64,000 bases of DNA from Frankiales bacterium (GTDB lineage Bacteria; Actinomycetota; Actinomycetes; JAFAQI01). The notes under the pieces are model-generated. The model saw nothing but the letters and a program-made list of their open reading frames with translations. It was not told the origin of the DNA and did no database searches. This document shows positions 1 through 9,422 of the stretch, piece by piece. The DNA is taken from assembly GCA_025980325.1 (NCBI GenBank), contig JAICXQ010000001.1, positions 12,232 through 76,231 of the forward strand, given 5' to 3'. The translations under genes were made by a program, and so were the position numbers. Positions within the stretch are counted from its first letter, which is position 1; every line of letters begins with the position of its first letter.

Positions 1-653
1 TATTTCCTACGAGCGCGCATTACACCGCGCTCGGCCACCTGCACCGCTGCCAGGACATTGATGGGTCATGCCCGATCTCGTATTCGGGCTCGCCCCTTGC
101 TGTCGACTTCGGCGAGGAGGACAACGAGTCCGTCGCGCTGGTGGTAAGCGCTACTCCGGATACCCGGGCCGCCACCCGTCGCATTCCCGTCATCGGCGGC
201 CGAACGCTGCTAACACTGCGTGGCACCCTCGACGAGGTCATCGCTGCCGGTGAACAGTCCGGCGATGCGTGGCTGCGTGTTGTGCTTGCCGAACCCGCCC
301 GGGCAGGACTTGGCGACCTGGTTCGGGAGAAGTTACCGAACGCGCTCGAGGTCCAGCTCGATGAGGAGCACAAGGTGCGACCCGGTCGAGCCCGGTCCGA
401 CCGGCCCAACCGGGCCGATCGGACACCGCAGGAGCTTTTCGCTGACTATCTCACCGAGTGCAACATCGACGATGCGCGGCTGCCGAAGTTATTCGCCCAG
501 CTGCTCGACGAAGTCACCGCGGCGCCCGACGCACCGGCAGAAGCGATCGTGCCCGTACAGGTGCCGGCGGCGGAGAAATCTGAGGCGCCGAAGCCACGAC
601 GGCGGCGCAAAGCCGACGTCGAATCCCAACCGGTACCGGCTGAGGAGAACTGA
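1..653 (+). CDS. sbcD: Exonuclease SbcD (Mre11-like), C-terminal part; the gene starts upstream of the window
   Basis: Frame 3 is open from the window edge to 653. The conserved phosphoesterase motif YTALGHLH is present (SbcD/Mre11 motif 'YVALGHIH'). The TGA stop overlaps the ATG of the next gene (ATGA at 651-655). Confidence 0.7.
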   Translation, partial: FPTSAHYTALGHLHRCQDIDGSCPISYSGSPLAVDFGEEDNESVALVVSATPDTRAATRRIPVIGGRTLLTLRGTLDEVIAAGEQSGDAWLRVVLAEPARAGLGDLVREKLPNALEVQLDEEHKVRPGRARSDRPNRADRTPQELFADYLTECNIDDARLPKLFAQLLDEVTAAPDAPAEAIVPVQVPAAEKSEAPKPRRRRKADVESQPVPAEEN

Positions 654-3091
654 TGCGGCCGCTTCGCCTGATGCTCGAGGGATTCGGTAGCTACCGAGAG
701 CCGACCGATATCGACTTTAACGATGTGAACTTCTTCGCCCTCGTGGGTCCGACGGGGTCCGGGAAGAGCACCGTAATCGATGGATTGTGCTTCGCCCTGT
801 ACGGCACCGTGCCCCGTTGGGGCAAGGAGAACGTCGTGAAATACGCGCTCGCCCCCTCGGCGAATTCGTGCCGAGTTTGCCTCGTGTTCGAAGTCGGTGG
901 TGCGCGCTACGCCGCAGCGCGGTTGCTCACTCGCGACGGCAAAGGCGTTGTGCATACGAAGGAAGCCCGGCTAGATCGCATTGACACGGCCGTGCCGGCC
1001 GCCGGTGATTTGACGGCCGTACTTGAAGCCAGCGTCGAACAATTGGCGGAGGGCGACCAGGTGACTTCTGCCGTTCGGACTCTGCTGGGTTTGAGCTATG
1101 AGCACTTCACGCAGTGCGTGCTCCTGCCGCAAGGGAAGTTTGCTGAGTTCCTACAGGCCAGTCCCGGTGACCGTCAGAACCTGCTCGTTCAGCTGCTCGC
1201 GTTCGGGGTTTACGAGCAGATCGGCCAGCTTGCCCGGCAACGCGCCCAGCTCGCCGAGAACAACCGCAAGCTTCTCGCGAATCAACGCGATGAACTTGCC
1301 GATGCGACCGCCGAAGCCGAAGATCTCGTCCGGGCGCGGGTCGACGAGATCACCGAACTGGCGGGAACGGTTGAGACGCAGCTGGCGGGTCTTGACGCCG
1401 CTCGCGTAAAGGCGCTAGACGCCGCGACCTCGGCGGGCGCCAACCGCACAGCAAGCACGCAACTTGGCGGCGTTCGCATTCCGAAAGGCGTTTCTGACCT
1501 GGCTGTCCGTATAAAGGGCGCCGACGAACAGTTGGTAGCTACACGAGCTCGGCGGGACACGGCGGAAACTGTTGAGGAGGAAGCTCGACTGGCTCGGGTC
1601 GAGCTGGGGGACGTCGAGCGATACCAGCGATGGCAAGCGGCGTACGCCGGGCGCGCCGAGGCGGAGCAGACGCTGGGAGTCCAGCAGGAGACGGTCGAGC
1701 ATCTCCGTGGCGCTGAAGACCGGCTTCGGGAGAACGTCACTGCAGCCGAGGCAGCAGTCATCGACACGGAAACCGCGTTAGCTGCCGCTCAGACCGCACA
1801 CGCAGCTGCCGCAGTCGCGGCAACGCTGAACGTCGGGGACGACTGCCCCGTGTGCGAGCAGAAGGTGATCACTCTTCCGCATCGCGAACCTCCCACCGAT
1901 CTGAAGATGGCAGCGGCGGCCGTGACTGCGGAGAAGGCCGAGCTGAAGAAGGCCAATACTGCAGCGCAGCACGCCGCTGTGAAGGTGGCGGCAGCTCAGA
2001 CCGCGGTCGACGTGACAAGTGCTGCTCTTGCCGCACATCTTGCAGCTCTAGATGGCGCGCCGTCGAGAGCGGATATAGACGTGGCGTTGGCCGCAATCGC
2101 GGCAGCCGATGCGGCGTTGTTGGCGGCTGGTGAGGACGCCCGCCGCGCTCGCTCGGCCGTGTCCGCAGCTGAGACCGCGCGCTCGAAGCTCGATCGCGCC
2201 GAGCAAGACTCTCGTGTCGAGCTCAACGCCGCCCGGGATGCTCTCGCTGCTCTCAGACCGCCGGCGCTTGCCGGCACCAATCTGGCCAATGACTGGGACG
2301 TCCTGCTCACATGGGCGGCTGAGGAACGCAGCCGCCGCGAAGCGGCGCAGCCTGAGCTCGATGGAATCGCGACCGCGGCAGGGAGGGAGGTCGCCGGGAT
2401 CGAAGACGTCGTCATCGACCTACTCGCCGAGCATGGCATCAACGACGTTGCGGACGTCGCTGCAGCTCCTGTTGCGTTGGCGACGTTACGAGCGCGTGCC
2501 GAAGCCGACCTCGCGAGCGTCAAGGCGAGCCGGGCGCGGGCGGCGCAGTTGGACCGCCGCATCACCGCGGCTGCGGACGAAGCCACAGTTGCGCGCATGG
2601 TGGGCGATCTGCTCAAGGCCTCCCAGTTCGAGCGGTGGCTGTGCGGTGAGGCGCTCGACTCACTTGTTACCGAAGCGTCGGCCACGCTGATGGAATTGTC
2701 CGGCGGACAGTACGAGCTCGACCGCACCGACCGCAACGAGTTCGTCGTCATCGACTACAACGATGCGGGCACGCAGCGTCCAGTCCACACGCTCTCGGGC
2801 GGCGAAACTTTCCAGGCGTCGCTCGCGCTTGCCCTCGCGTTGTCCCGGCAGGTTGTTGGACTCTCGGCTGGGATGAGAGACCTCGATTCGATGTTCCTCG
2901 ACGAGGGGTTCGGGACCCTCGACGAAACCACACTCGACACCGTAGCCAGCACCCTCGAGCGCCTGGCTGCGGACAAGGACAGAATGGTTGGCGTCATCAC
3001 ACATGTGCCCGCGCTCGCTGAACGCGTACCGGTGCAGTTCGTGGTCAGTCGCGACGGAACTTCCTCGCACGTGCGCAGGGTCCAGGTGTGA
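653..3091 (+). CDS. sbcC: SbcC/Rad50-like SMC-type ATPase (812 aa)
   Basis: N-terminal Walker A GPTGSGKST; central Ala/Glu/Arg-rich coiled coil with a CPVC zinc-hook motif (about nt 1845); C-terminal ABC signature LSGGETFQASLALALA and Walker B MFLDEGFGTLD. Translationally coupled to both neighbours. Confidence 0.85.
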   Translation: MRPLRLMLEGFGSYREPTDIDFNDVNFFALVGPTGSGKSTVIDGLCFALYGTVPRWGKENVVKYALAPSANSCRVCLVFEVGGARYAAARLLTRDGKGVVHTKEARLDRIDTAVPAAGDLTAVLEASVEQLAEGDQVTSAVRTLLGLSYEHFTQCVLLPQGKFAEFLQASPGDRQNLLVQLLAFGVYEQIGQLARQRAQLAENNRKLLANQRDELADATAEAEDLVRARVDEITELAGTVETQLAGLDAARVKALDAATSAGANRTASTQLGGVRIPKGVSDLAVRIKGADEQLVATRARRDTAETVEEEARLARVELGDVERYQRWQAAYAGRAEAEQTLGVQQETVEHLRGAEDRLRENVTAAEAAVIDTETALAAAQTAHAAAAVAATLNVGDDCPVCEQKVITLPHREPPTDLKMAAAAVTAEKAELKKANTAAQHAAVKVAAAQTAVDVTSAALAAHLAALDGAPSRADIDVALAAIAAADAALLAAGEDARRARSAVSAAETARSKLDRAEQDSRVELNAARDALAALRPPALAGTNLANDWDVLLTWAAEERSRREAAQPELDGIATAAGREVAGIEDVVIDLLAEHGINDVADVAAAPVALATLRARAEADLASVKASRARAAQLDRRITAAADEATVARMVGDLLKASQFERWLCGEALDSLVTEASATLMELSGGQYELDRTDRNEFVVIDYNDAGTQRPVHTLSGGETFQASLALALALSRQVVGLSAGMRDLDSMFLDEGFGTLDETTLDTVASTLERLAADKDRMVGVITHVPALAERVPVQFVVSRDGTSSHVRRVQV

Positions 3092-4056
3092 CGGCCCAGG
3101 CGGCGCCGCCTAGCGGATTCTCCGTAGACCCGTGGGACCCGGGGTACGGCCTGGCGTTCAGCAGTGACCTCGATGGCGGTGCGTTGGAGGAATCGAGCGC
3201 GCAGCTCAACCTCGCGGTGGAAATGCCGGCAGACGCGTGGGCTCCCGTCGATCCTGACCCGACCGTCGCGGTGCCGGACACGATCCTGTTCCTCGACGGC
3301 GTGCGCCGCATCGACGCTCGGGTCTGGGTCTACGGGAGTGACCCGCAGCCGGCGCCCGGCATCGCAGCGTCTTTCGCGGCGGGACTCGTCTGCTGCGACG
3401 GCGCGGCTCGCATTGTGGACGTTAGGGTCGGCCGCGGCCTCTTCACCGCCGCATCCGTGGCCGACATCGTTACCCGACAGGCGACTTATCCCGTTCGCGC
3501 CGCAACCGGAGGCAGTCTTGACGAGTTGTCGCTAGCCCTACAGCAGCGGCTTGCCGAGGCAGAAGTTGGGCTCGCGCTCGACTTTCGCGCTACCCACGCC
3601 ATCGGTGACGACCTGCTCGTCGTAGACGGTCCGTTACGCGGACGGACGCACCTGCCTCGCACAGTCGGCTACGTCAAGACTCACCACACTGCCTACCTAC
3701 CTGCGACACAAGCGGCAGTAGTAGCCGAGCTCGCGCCCGGTCAGCGGACCCCAGTGTTTTCAATGGGCACATCCTGGATCCGAAATTCTTGGTATCTGAG
3801 ACTGCCCGGCGCATCGGGTGCCCCGTGGTCCGGGGTCGTCCGCGTCGAGTGTTCTGCCGACCTCTCGCCAGTCGAGGCGGTACGGCTCGCTGCGGTCACC
3901 GCCACTGTCCTGCCGCCGCTAGCCAGCGCACCGCACAAGGACCCACGCGCGCCGCAGAACCTCGTGCCGATTGGCGGACTCGAGCGTGAGTTGCGGCATC
4001 GGCTGGGTGACACGCGACTGCTTTATCGAGCGTTGCGAGCCGCGGCAGCAGGCTAG
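3088..4056 (+). CDS. NurA-like (RNase H-fold) nuclease-domain protein, putative (322 aa)
   Basis: The GTG start overlaps the sbcC stop (GTGA at 3088-3091). Contains the motifs ILFLDGVRRID and LLVVDGPLRG, reminiscent of the paired DG(S)/DGsL acidic motifs of NurA 5'-3' nucleases. The ORF is protein-like, but the function is inferred from motifs only. Confidence 0.45.
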   Translation: MTAQAAPPSGFSVDPWDPGYGLAFSSDLDGGALEESSAQLNLAVEMPADAWAPVDPDPTVAVPDTILFLDGVRRIDARVWVYGSDPQPAPGIAASFAAGLVCCDGAARIVDVRVGRGLFTAASVADIVTRQATYPVRAATGGSLDELSLALQQRLAEAEVGLALDFRATHAIGDDLLVVDGPLRGRTHLPRTVGYVKTHHTAYLPATQAAVVAELAPGQRTPVFSMGTSWIRNSWYLRLPGASGAPWSGVVRVECSADLSPVEAVRLAAVTATVLPPLASAPHKDPRAPQNLVPIGGLERELRHRLGDTRLLYRALRAAAAG

Positions 4057-4117
4057 TGCCCCCGCGGAGCTCGGCACGCGGCGTGACAATCCCCGCCGGC
4101 GCGCGAGGCAAGGAATT

Positions 4118-7100
4118 GTGGACCGCACTGCGCCTTCGGCTCCGCTTCCGCCCCAGATGGGGGACGTCGCGAGCAAATTGTCAGTGGTGCGGCCGATACT
4201 CGCGTGCATGTTGACCGGCAATCAGCCACGGCCGCGGTGGACTCGGCTGGATGCCGCGCTGGCGCCGTTCGACGCGCTCTCGGTCGAGGTCTTGGCGCGG
4301 GCCGCGCTCGACTCGCCGTCGGCATCGCACTGGGCTGCCGCAACGGGCCTCGTGTGGGCGCGAGCGCTGGCACGGTCACCGCGCGGCATAGTCGTCGCCT
4401 CCGCTGAGGATCTGCCGAAGCTGGTCGGCGCGGGGGTAGCTGCATGGCCGGAAGCGCGCAACATGTCTGACTGGTGGCCTTCGGATCCCCGACTGGTCGT
4501 GAGTGCGCGAGTGCGGAACGGTCGGGTCAGGCTTCACCCCGGTCGGGTTGTTGAACCCCTGCGATTAGTACGTCGGTTGGAAAGAATCGCCTTTGCAACC
4601 GATGACGCGGTCTACGCGCGTCACGGGTTTCGGACCTCAGACCTGGTAGAGGTGGGGCTGCGCCTCGCGGATCTGCAAGTGACGGGGCTTGCGCCCGCGT
4701 GGTCACAAACGGCGCTACCCGAGCCGCCCTTGTTACGTATCCCGCGAGCGTCACCCTTCGACGTAGCGGAGCAGGTGCGCGCAATCCCGCCTTCGGTCAC
4801 AAGTGAGGAGATCACGGCTGCCGCGCGGTTGCGGGAGCGCGACCTCGTCGCCGATGCCTCGGCACTATGCACGGACCCGACGGCCGCCGGGGCTGCGTGT
4901 GAGTGGGCGACAACGGCGGTCCGTCAAGCGCATCAACCCGGCTGTTTAGCTGTCACCACCGATGCTGGCTTGGTGCCGGTTCCGGCGTCGCTAGTGCTGG
5001 AAGCGCTTGGAATAGCAACGGGCCGCCTGGCTATCGAGGCGGCGGGCGAGCCGTGGGTGCGTGAAAGATGGGCATACGCCAGCACGGCGGACCTCTGGGA
5101 AGTGCTCGGCTTGCCGTTCGTGGATGACGAGACTCCCATCCCAGTCGGCGGGATGCTGCGGATCGCGGAACGGCATCTCGCGAGCATCGACGTGGTCGCC
5201 GAACTTGCACCCGCCTCTGTACAGCCGGCTGCGGAGAACGCCGTTCATCGAGCGGCGTCGCGTGCAACCACGGAAGTGGCCGACGCAACAGGTGTTGCGG
5301 CGGACATGTCCGCCGACATGCTTCGGCTTGTGCTGATCGACGCGGCCGGTCGACTAGAACGGCTGAGTGGGGGAGCGGTCGTCGCAGTCACAGCCGACGA
5401 ATTCACACGAGTCTTGTCGGAGGCTGCAGACGGCCCAAACGGTCAAGATGAAGCGTGGGACTTCCTCCTTGATCTGCAGCGCGTTCCGCGAACCGTCGAG
5501 CTACATCCACCGGATCTCGTAGATGCGTGGCGGCATTGGCGTGAACATGGGTGGCTAGTCCCTCCCGAGCTAGACGTAGACGCCGTACCTGATGCCGCGG
5601 TCATGTTCGCCTGGCTCGCGCACGACCCGTCGTGGCCCGCGGCTGCGCAATGGGATGCGACCGAGCGAATCCTTGATGCAGCAAGACTGCCGCCGAAGGT
5701 CGCCTTCTGGGCACGGGATCTCGACGATCGTGGCGTTGTGACATTGTGGGCTCCGCCCGCGATGACAGGCGGCCGGCCGACTTGTTACGCGCTGCATCCG
5801 GACGGGCTCGTCATCGGTGCGACTGGTGATCTGCCCGGTGCTGGAATCCCCGACGGTGCCGGAGCTCTTCCGATCGTCGTCGCCACAGCTCTGCGCGATG
5901 CGCTGTTCGCCCGTCCTGCAGCGGTCGCAGCACTGAATCTTGACCCTTTGACACCGAAGCGAGTCCTGGTGGGCGTCGACCTCGACGAAGGTGACGGCAT
6001 CGCAGTCGCGACCGCGGACGGGCTGCCCCCACTGATCCTTCTCGGGCCGATGCTGCTCGCTGCAACGGCAGCCGATCCCATGGCGATGCACCATACGCTC
6101 GGTGCCGCGCTCTCAACTGCCCTGCGCCTCGGCTGCGGAGACGTCGATATGGACGCATTTTCTGCAGCGTGGAACGCCGGCCCCGTTGCGCTGGTAGCGG
6201 GAGTGCGCGCGGGCCCCGTCGACCGGTCTCCGCGGCGAGAGTTGCCACGCACGCGCGCCGCGCGGATGCGGGCGCACCAGGCGCATGCAGCCGCAGTGCG
6301 TGCCGCCGGTGGGGACGTGCCACCGGGTGAGCTGACGGGCGACGAGGCCGCCGAAATATGTCAGCGTCTGCTGATCCCTGCTGCAGACCGAGCACTACGG
6401 GACGCAATCGCTAGGTTCGATCGCGATCTGCTCCTCCGCGCAGCGGCGACATGGGCCGATGAGGCACACGCTCACCGTGCGCAGTTGCGAGACAGGCTCG
6501 ATCTAGCGCTTGCTGCGCCTTGGCGTGACGAGGTGCTAGCCGACCCGAGCGACTACGAGGACGACCCGGACCAAACAAGGCCGTTGCATGTGCTTATTGA
6601 AACCGCAATCGCGGCGAATCCGGCTCCCGAATCCGCGGGTATCGCTCCAGATCGCATTGACCTGGCTCGACTTGCCGAACAGGCGCGACTTGTCGCGTGG
6701 GTCGGCGCAGCATCAGACGGGTACCGCCGTGGTCTCAACACGCTAACTGTCACGGTGGGACCAGGTGCCCTCACCGGCGTGTCCATGCCGGCATCGGACC
6801 CAAGCATCGAGGCAACCGTTGATATGGCTGCATACGTTGCCGCTTCTAATGTCGATGCGCTCGCCGCTGCGGCCGATGAAGCTCGCCTGCAGGATCCGGA
6901 CGAGGTTGAGCGACTCCTCGCGGAGGCGGACGGAACTGAACGGCCTTTCGAGCGGTTCACCGACTTGCCGGACCTGCCTGGGTCGCTACGAAGTCTTGAC
7001 CAAACGATGCGAGTCACTCTCGGCGCTGGGTTCGGCGCCATCTCGGCAGTTCTTCGGACCTGTATCGATATGGCGCCGCCACCGATCGGCGTGCTATCAG

Positions 7101-7876
7101 AGCCCATTCCCGTCGCAACACTTCGCGACGACATCGCGGGGTGGTCAAGACTGCCGCCGGAGGAAATCACGGCCGCGATTCGACTACTCACTGTCGACAG
7201 CGACCTCGCTCGTGGCGATCGCACCGGTGCGTGGGAGGTCGAACGGCGCGACGCGAGGCTCAATGCACGGCCCCTCATTGCTGTCACCGGCGGGCTGCTC
7301 GTCCTGCCGCACCTGTGCACGACCGCTCGCGACATCTTCCTCGGCCGACTTGCTGACGGCCGACTTCCCTGGCCCGTCCGTGACGAACGTCTGCGGCTCG
7401 CGGTCGACGCGTTTCGCCGCCATGTCACCGCGCAGCTCGAGCGCACGGTCGGCGAGAAACTCTCTGAGCTCGGCTTGCCGCATGTGATGAACGTCAAGGA
7501 GAACCGAGCCGCTGCTCTTGGGATCCCCAATCTGCCCGGCGAGATCGACGCACTCGCCGTCGAGGCCGCCTCGGAAACGCTTTGGGTGATCGAGGTCAAG
7601 CATGCCCGTCGTGCCGTGAGCGCGAGCGAGATCCGCGAACGGGTGAGGAAATTCATCGAGCCAAACGGTTACATAGACGTACTGCTCCGCAAGACAGCTG
7701 TCATCGCTCCGCATGCCTCAGCGGCTGCCGCACTGGCCGGCGCCATCGAAGAGCGACCTTGGCGGGTCGTTCCGCTCATGGTCACCGCAGCCGTCGAGCC
7801 CGCTGCGTTCGCGTCGTCGCGGCGCGTGCAATTCGCGACACCGAGAACATTGGCGGTCGCGCTGCAAGCGACCTGA
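4118..7876 (+). CDS. Large Ala-rich hypothetical protein (about 1250 aa) with a C-terminal PD-(D/E)xK nuclease-like motif
   Basis: The long ORF (3971-7876) overlaps the previous gene. The likely start is GTG 4118 (aagga RBS) or ATG 4157. No Walker A/P-loop was found. The C-terminus carries GEIDALAVEAASETLWVIEVKH (D..E.K, restriction-endonuclease-like core). Same strand, 62 nt after the NurA-like gene. Confidence 0.55.
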   Translation: MDRTAPSAPLPPQMGDVASKLSVVRPILACMLTGNQPRPRWTRLDAALAPFDALSVEVLARAALDSPSASHWAAATGLVWARALARSPRGIVVASAEDLPKLVGAGVAAWPEARNMSDWWPSDPRLVVSARVRNGRVRLHPGRVVEPLRLVRRLERIAFATDDAVYARHGFRTSDLVEVGLRLADLQVTGLAPAWSQTALPEPPLLRIPRASPFDVAEQVRAIPPSVTSEEITAAARLRERDLVADASALCTDPTAAGAACEWATTAVRQAHQPGCLAVTTDAGLVPVPASLVLEALGIATGRLAIEAAGEPWVRERWAYASTADLWEVLGLPFVDDETPIPVGGMLRIAERHLASIDVVAELAPASVQPAAENAVHRAASRATTEVADATGVAADMSADMLRLVLIDAAGRLERLSGGAVVAVTADEFTRVLSEAADGPNGQDEAWDFLLDLQRVPRTVELHPPDLVDAWRHWREHGWLVPPELDVDAVPDAAVMFAWLAHDPSWPAAAQWDATERILDAARLPPKVAFWARDLDDRGVVTLWAPPAMTGGRPTCYALHPDGLVIGATGDLPGAGIPDGAGALPIVVATALRDALFARPAAVAALNLDPLTPKRVLVGVDLDEGDGIAVATADGLPPLILLGPMLLAATAADPMAMHHTLGAALSTALRLGCGDVDMDAFSAAWNAGPVALVAGVRAGPVDRSPRRELPRTRAARMRAHQAHAAAVRAAGGDVPPGELTGDEAAEICQRLLIPAADRALRDAIARFDRDLLLRAAATWADEAHAHRAQLRDRLDLALAAPWRDEVLADPSDYEDDPDQTRPLHVLIETAIAANPAPESAGIAPDRIDLARLAEQARLVAWVGAASDGYRRGLNTLTVTVGPGALTGVSMPASDPSIEATVDMAAYVAASNVDALAAAADEARLQDPDEVERLLAEADGTERPFERFTDLPDLPGSLRSLDQTMRVTLGAGFGAISAVLRTCIDMAPPPIGVLSEPIPVATLRDDIAGWSRLPPEEITAAIRLLTVDSDLARGDRTGAWEVERRDARLNARPLIAVTGGLLVLPHLCTTARDIFLGRLADGRLPWPVRDERLRLAVDAFRRHVTAQLERTVGEKLSELGLPHVMNVKENRAAALGIPNLPGEIDALAVEAASETLWVIEVKHARRAVSASEIRERVRKFIEPNGYIDVLLRKTAVIAPHASAAAALAGAIEERPWRVVPLMVTAAVEPAAFASSRRVQFATPRTLAVALQAT

Positions 7877-8177
7877 CAGGCGAAGGAGCACTTGGAATGA
7901 CGGCGCGCCGCTAGATGCATCCAGAGAAGTCCTCGGCGGAATCAGCAGTCGCCTTCGCCGTTGACGATTCAACGTCGCGCCTAGTCGAATGCTGCCTAGC
8001 CCAACGTTCGCGGGACGGGGAGCGTTAGCTGAGTCCGGCCGCAGAGGACCCATGAATGTGCCCCGCGGTGGGGGCCTGGCTGGCTGGCGAGACAATCCGC
8101 CGGTTGGTGCAGTCTCTCGGGCAGAACCCAGGCGAACCCGCTCGACCTCCGGCGCGGGCGGCGATTGGATCGCGTCT

Positions 8178-9058
8178 ATGGACATGACGTTCGCTGCGTA
8201 TCTCGCTGAGGCTCCGACTCACGAAGGTGGTGAAGTGGTCCCTGACCAAGTGCACTGGTTGCGGTATGTAGAGGCCGTGCTCGAGGTCATCGACGAATAC
8301 GTCAGGGACACCGGAGTGTCAGAGCACCACGCCCGACTGCAGTTTGCGGAATTCTTCGTCGGTGAGTTTCTCGGCGACGCGTGGATCCAGAGGCATTTCC
8401 GCTCATATGCCGGCTCGACCGCCAAGGACCACACGCTCTTCAAGTATCGCCTATGGCACTTGGCCGCCTGCTCTTCACGCTCCAGAGCTACCCATGGTTT
8501 GAGCAACTCCTCGACAATCTATCCAATCGCAGTCTCCCGGGGGCTCAGTTCGAGGCTGAGGTGGTGCACCTGCTCATGCACTCGCCCATTCGGGCGAATC
8601 TTCGTGCACCGACGGGCACTAAGGGTCAAGATTATGACATCGACTTGGGCGCCGAACCGTTGCTCATCGCGGTTGAAGTCAAGGCGAAGCAGGACTCGAC
8701 CCCCTTCTCTGTCTCGACGGTGCAGTCGACGTTGAGGACGGCGCGCAAGCAGCTACCTCCGCATGGTCGAGGGCTCGTGTTTCTGCGTGTGCCCTCCAGC
8801 TGGCTTGAGGACTCCTCCTACCGAGAGGAGATTGAGCCGATCCTTACGAACTGGTTACGGAACACGAGTCGCGTTCAAGCCGTCATCTTTGTTTGGGATG
8901 AAATGACGGTGACCTCCGAGGCGAAGCATCATTATGAGCCGCGACAACGGATCGTTCGCGCGAACTCGGTCGATTCCGATGTCAGTCAGTTGCTTGACTT
9001 GCTCGATGCGGTTTGGGCGAGCAACTTTGATCTCGTGGCTCCTGCATCCGCTCTATGA
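8178..9058 (+). pseudogene. PD-(D/E)xK (restriction-endonuclease-like) protein gene interrupted by a -1 frameshift near 8445-8465 (or a sequencing error)
   Basis: Frame 0 is protein-like from MDMTFAAYLAEAPTHEGG to FKYRLWHLAA, then degenerates. Frame 2 becomes protein-like from ALGRLLFTLQSYPWFEQLL and contains QDYDIDLGAEPLLIAVEVKAK (D..E.K). Local GC is lower than the flanks. Confidence 0.4.
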
Positions 9059-9422
9059 CCGCCCTACGCCCAACCAGATCGATGTCACGGGCTTGCGGTG
9101 GTTAGCGCGCGAGGTCGAGCAGCGCTGTGCCGGGCGAACGGACCCCACGCGTCACAACGACGGCTAGGCGATCAAGCTGTGCAATCAAATCGCAGCCCCC
9201 GACTCTGTGCGGATGGATTGCCCATCGTCCGATGGCGCCAAGGAGGTGAAGTAGAGAGGCCGAGGACCCACGATGTCGGCGCGGAAGTGGCGATACCGGG
9301 GTGTTGGGCCGCGCTATTTTGCGGGGCCGCCCCTCCGGCCTCAAGGGCGCTCGCTTCGCTCGCGTCGCTGCGCGACCGCCTTCGGCGGCCCTTGACCCCG
9401 GAGCCTCTGCGGCCCCTACCGG

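Noticed and set aside
4118-7876. Giant protein as a HerA-like or helicase ATPase partner for the NurA-like protein
   Set aside because: No Walker A (GxxxxGK[ST]) or DEAD/DExH motif anywhere in the roughly 1250 aa.
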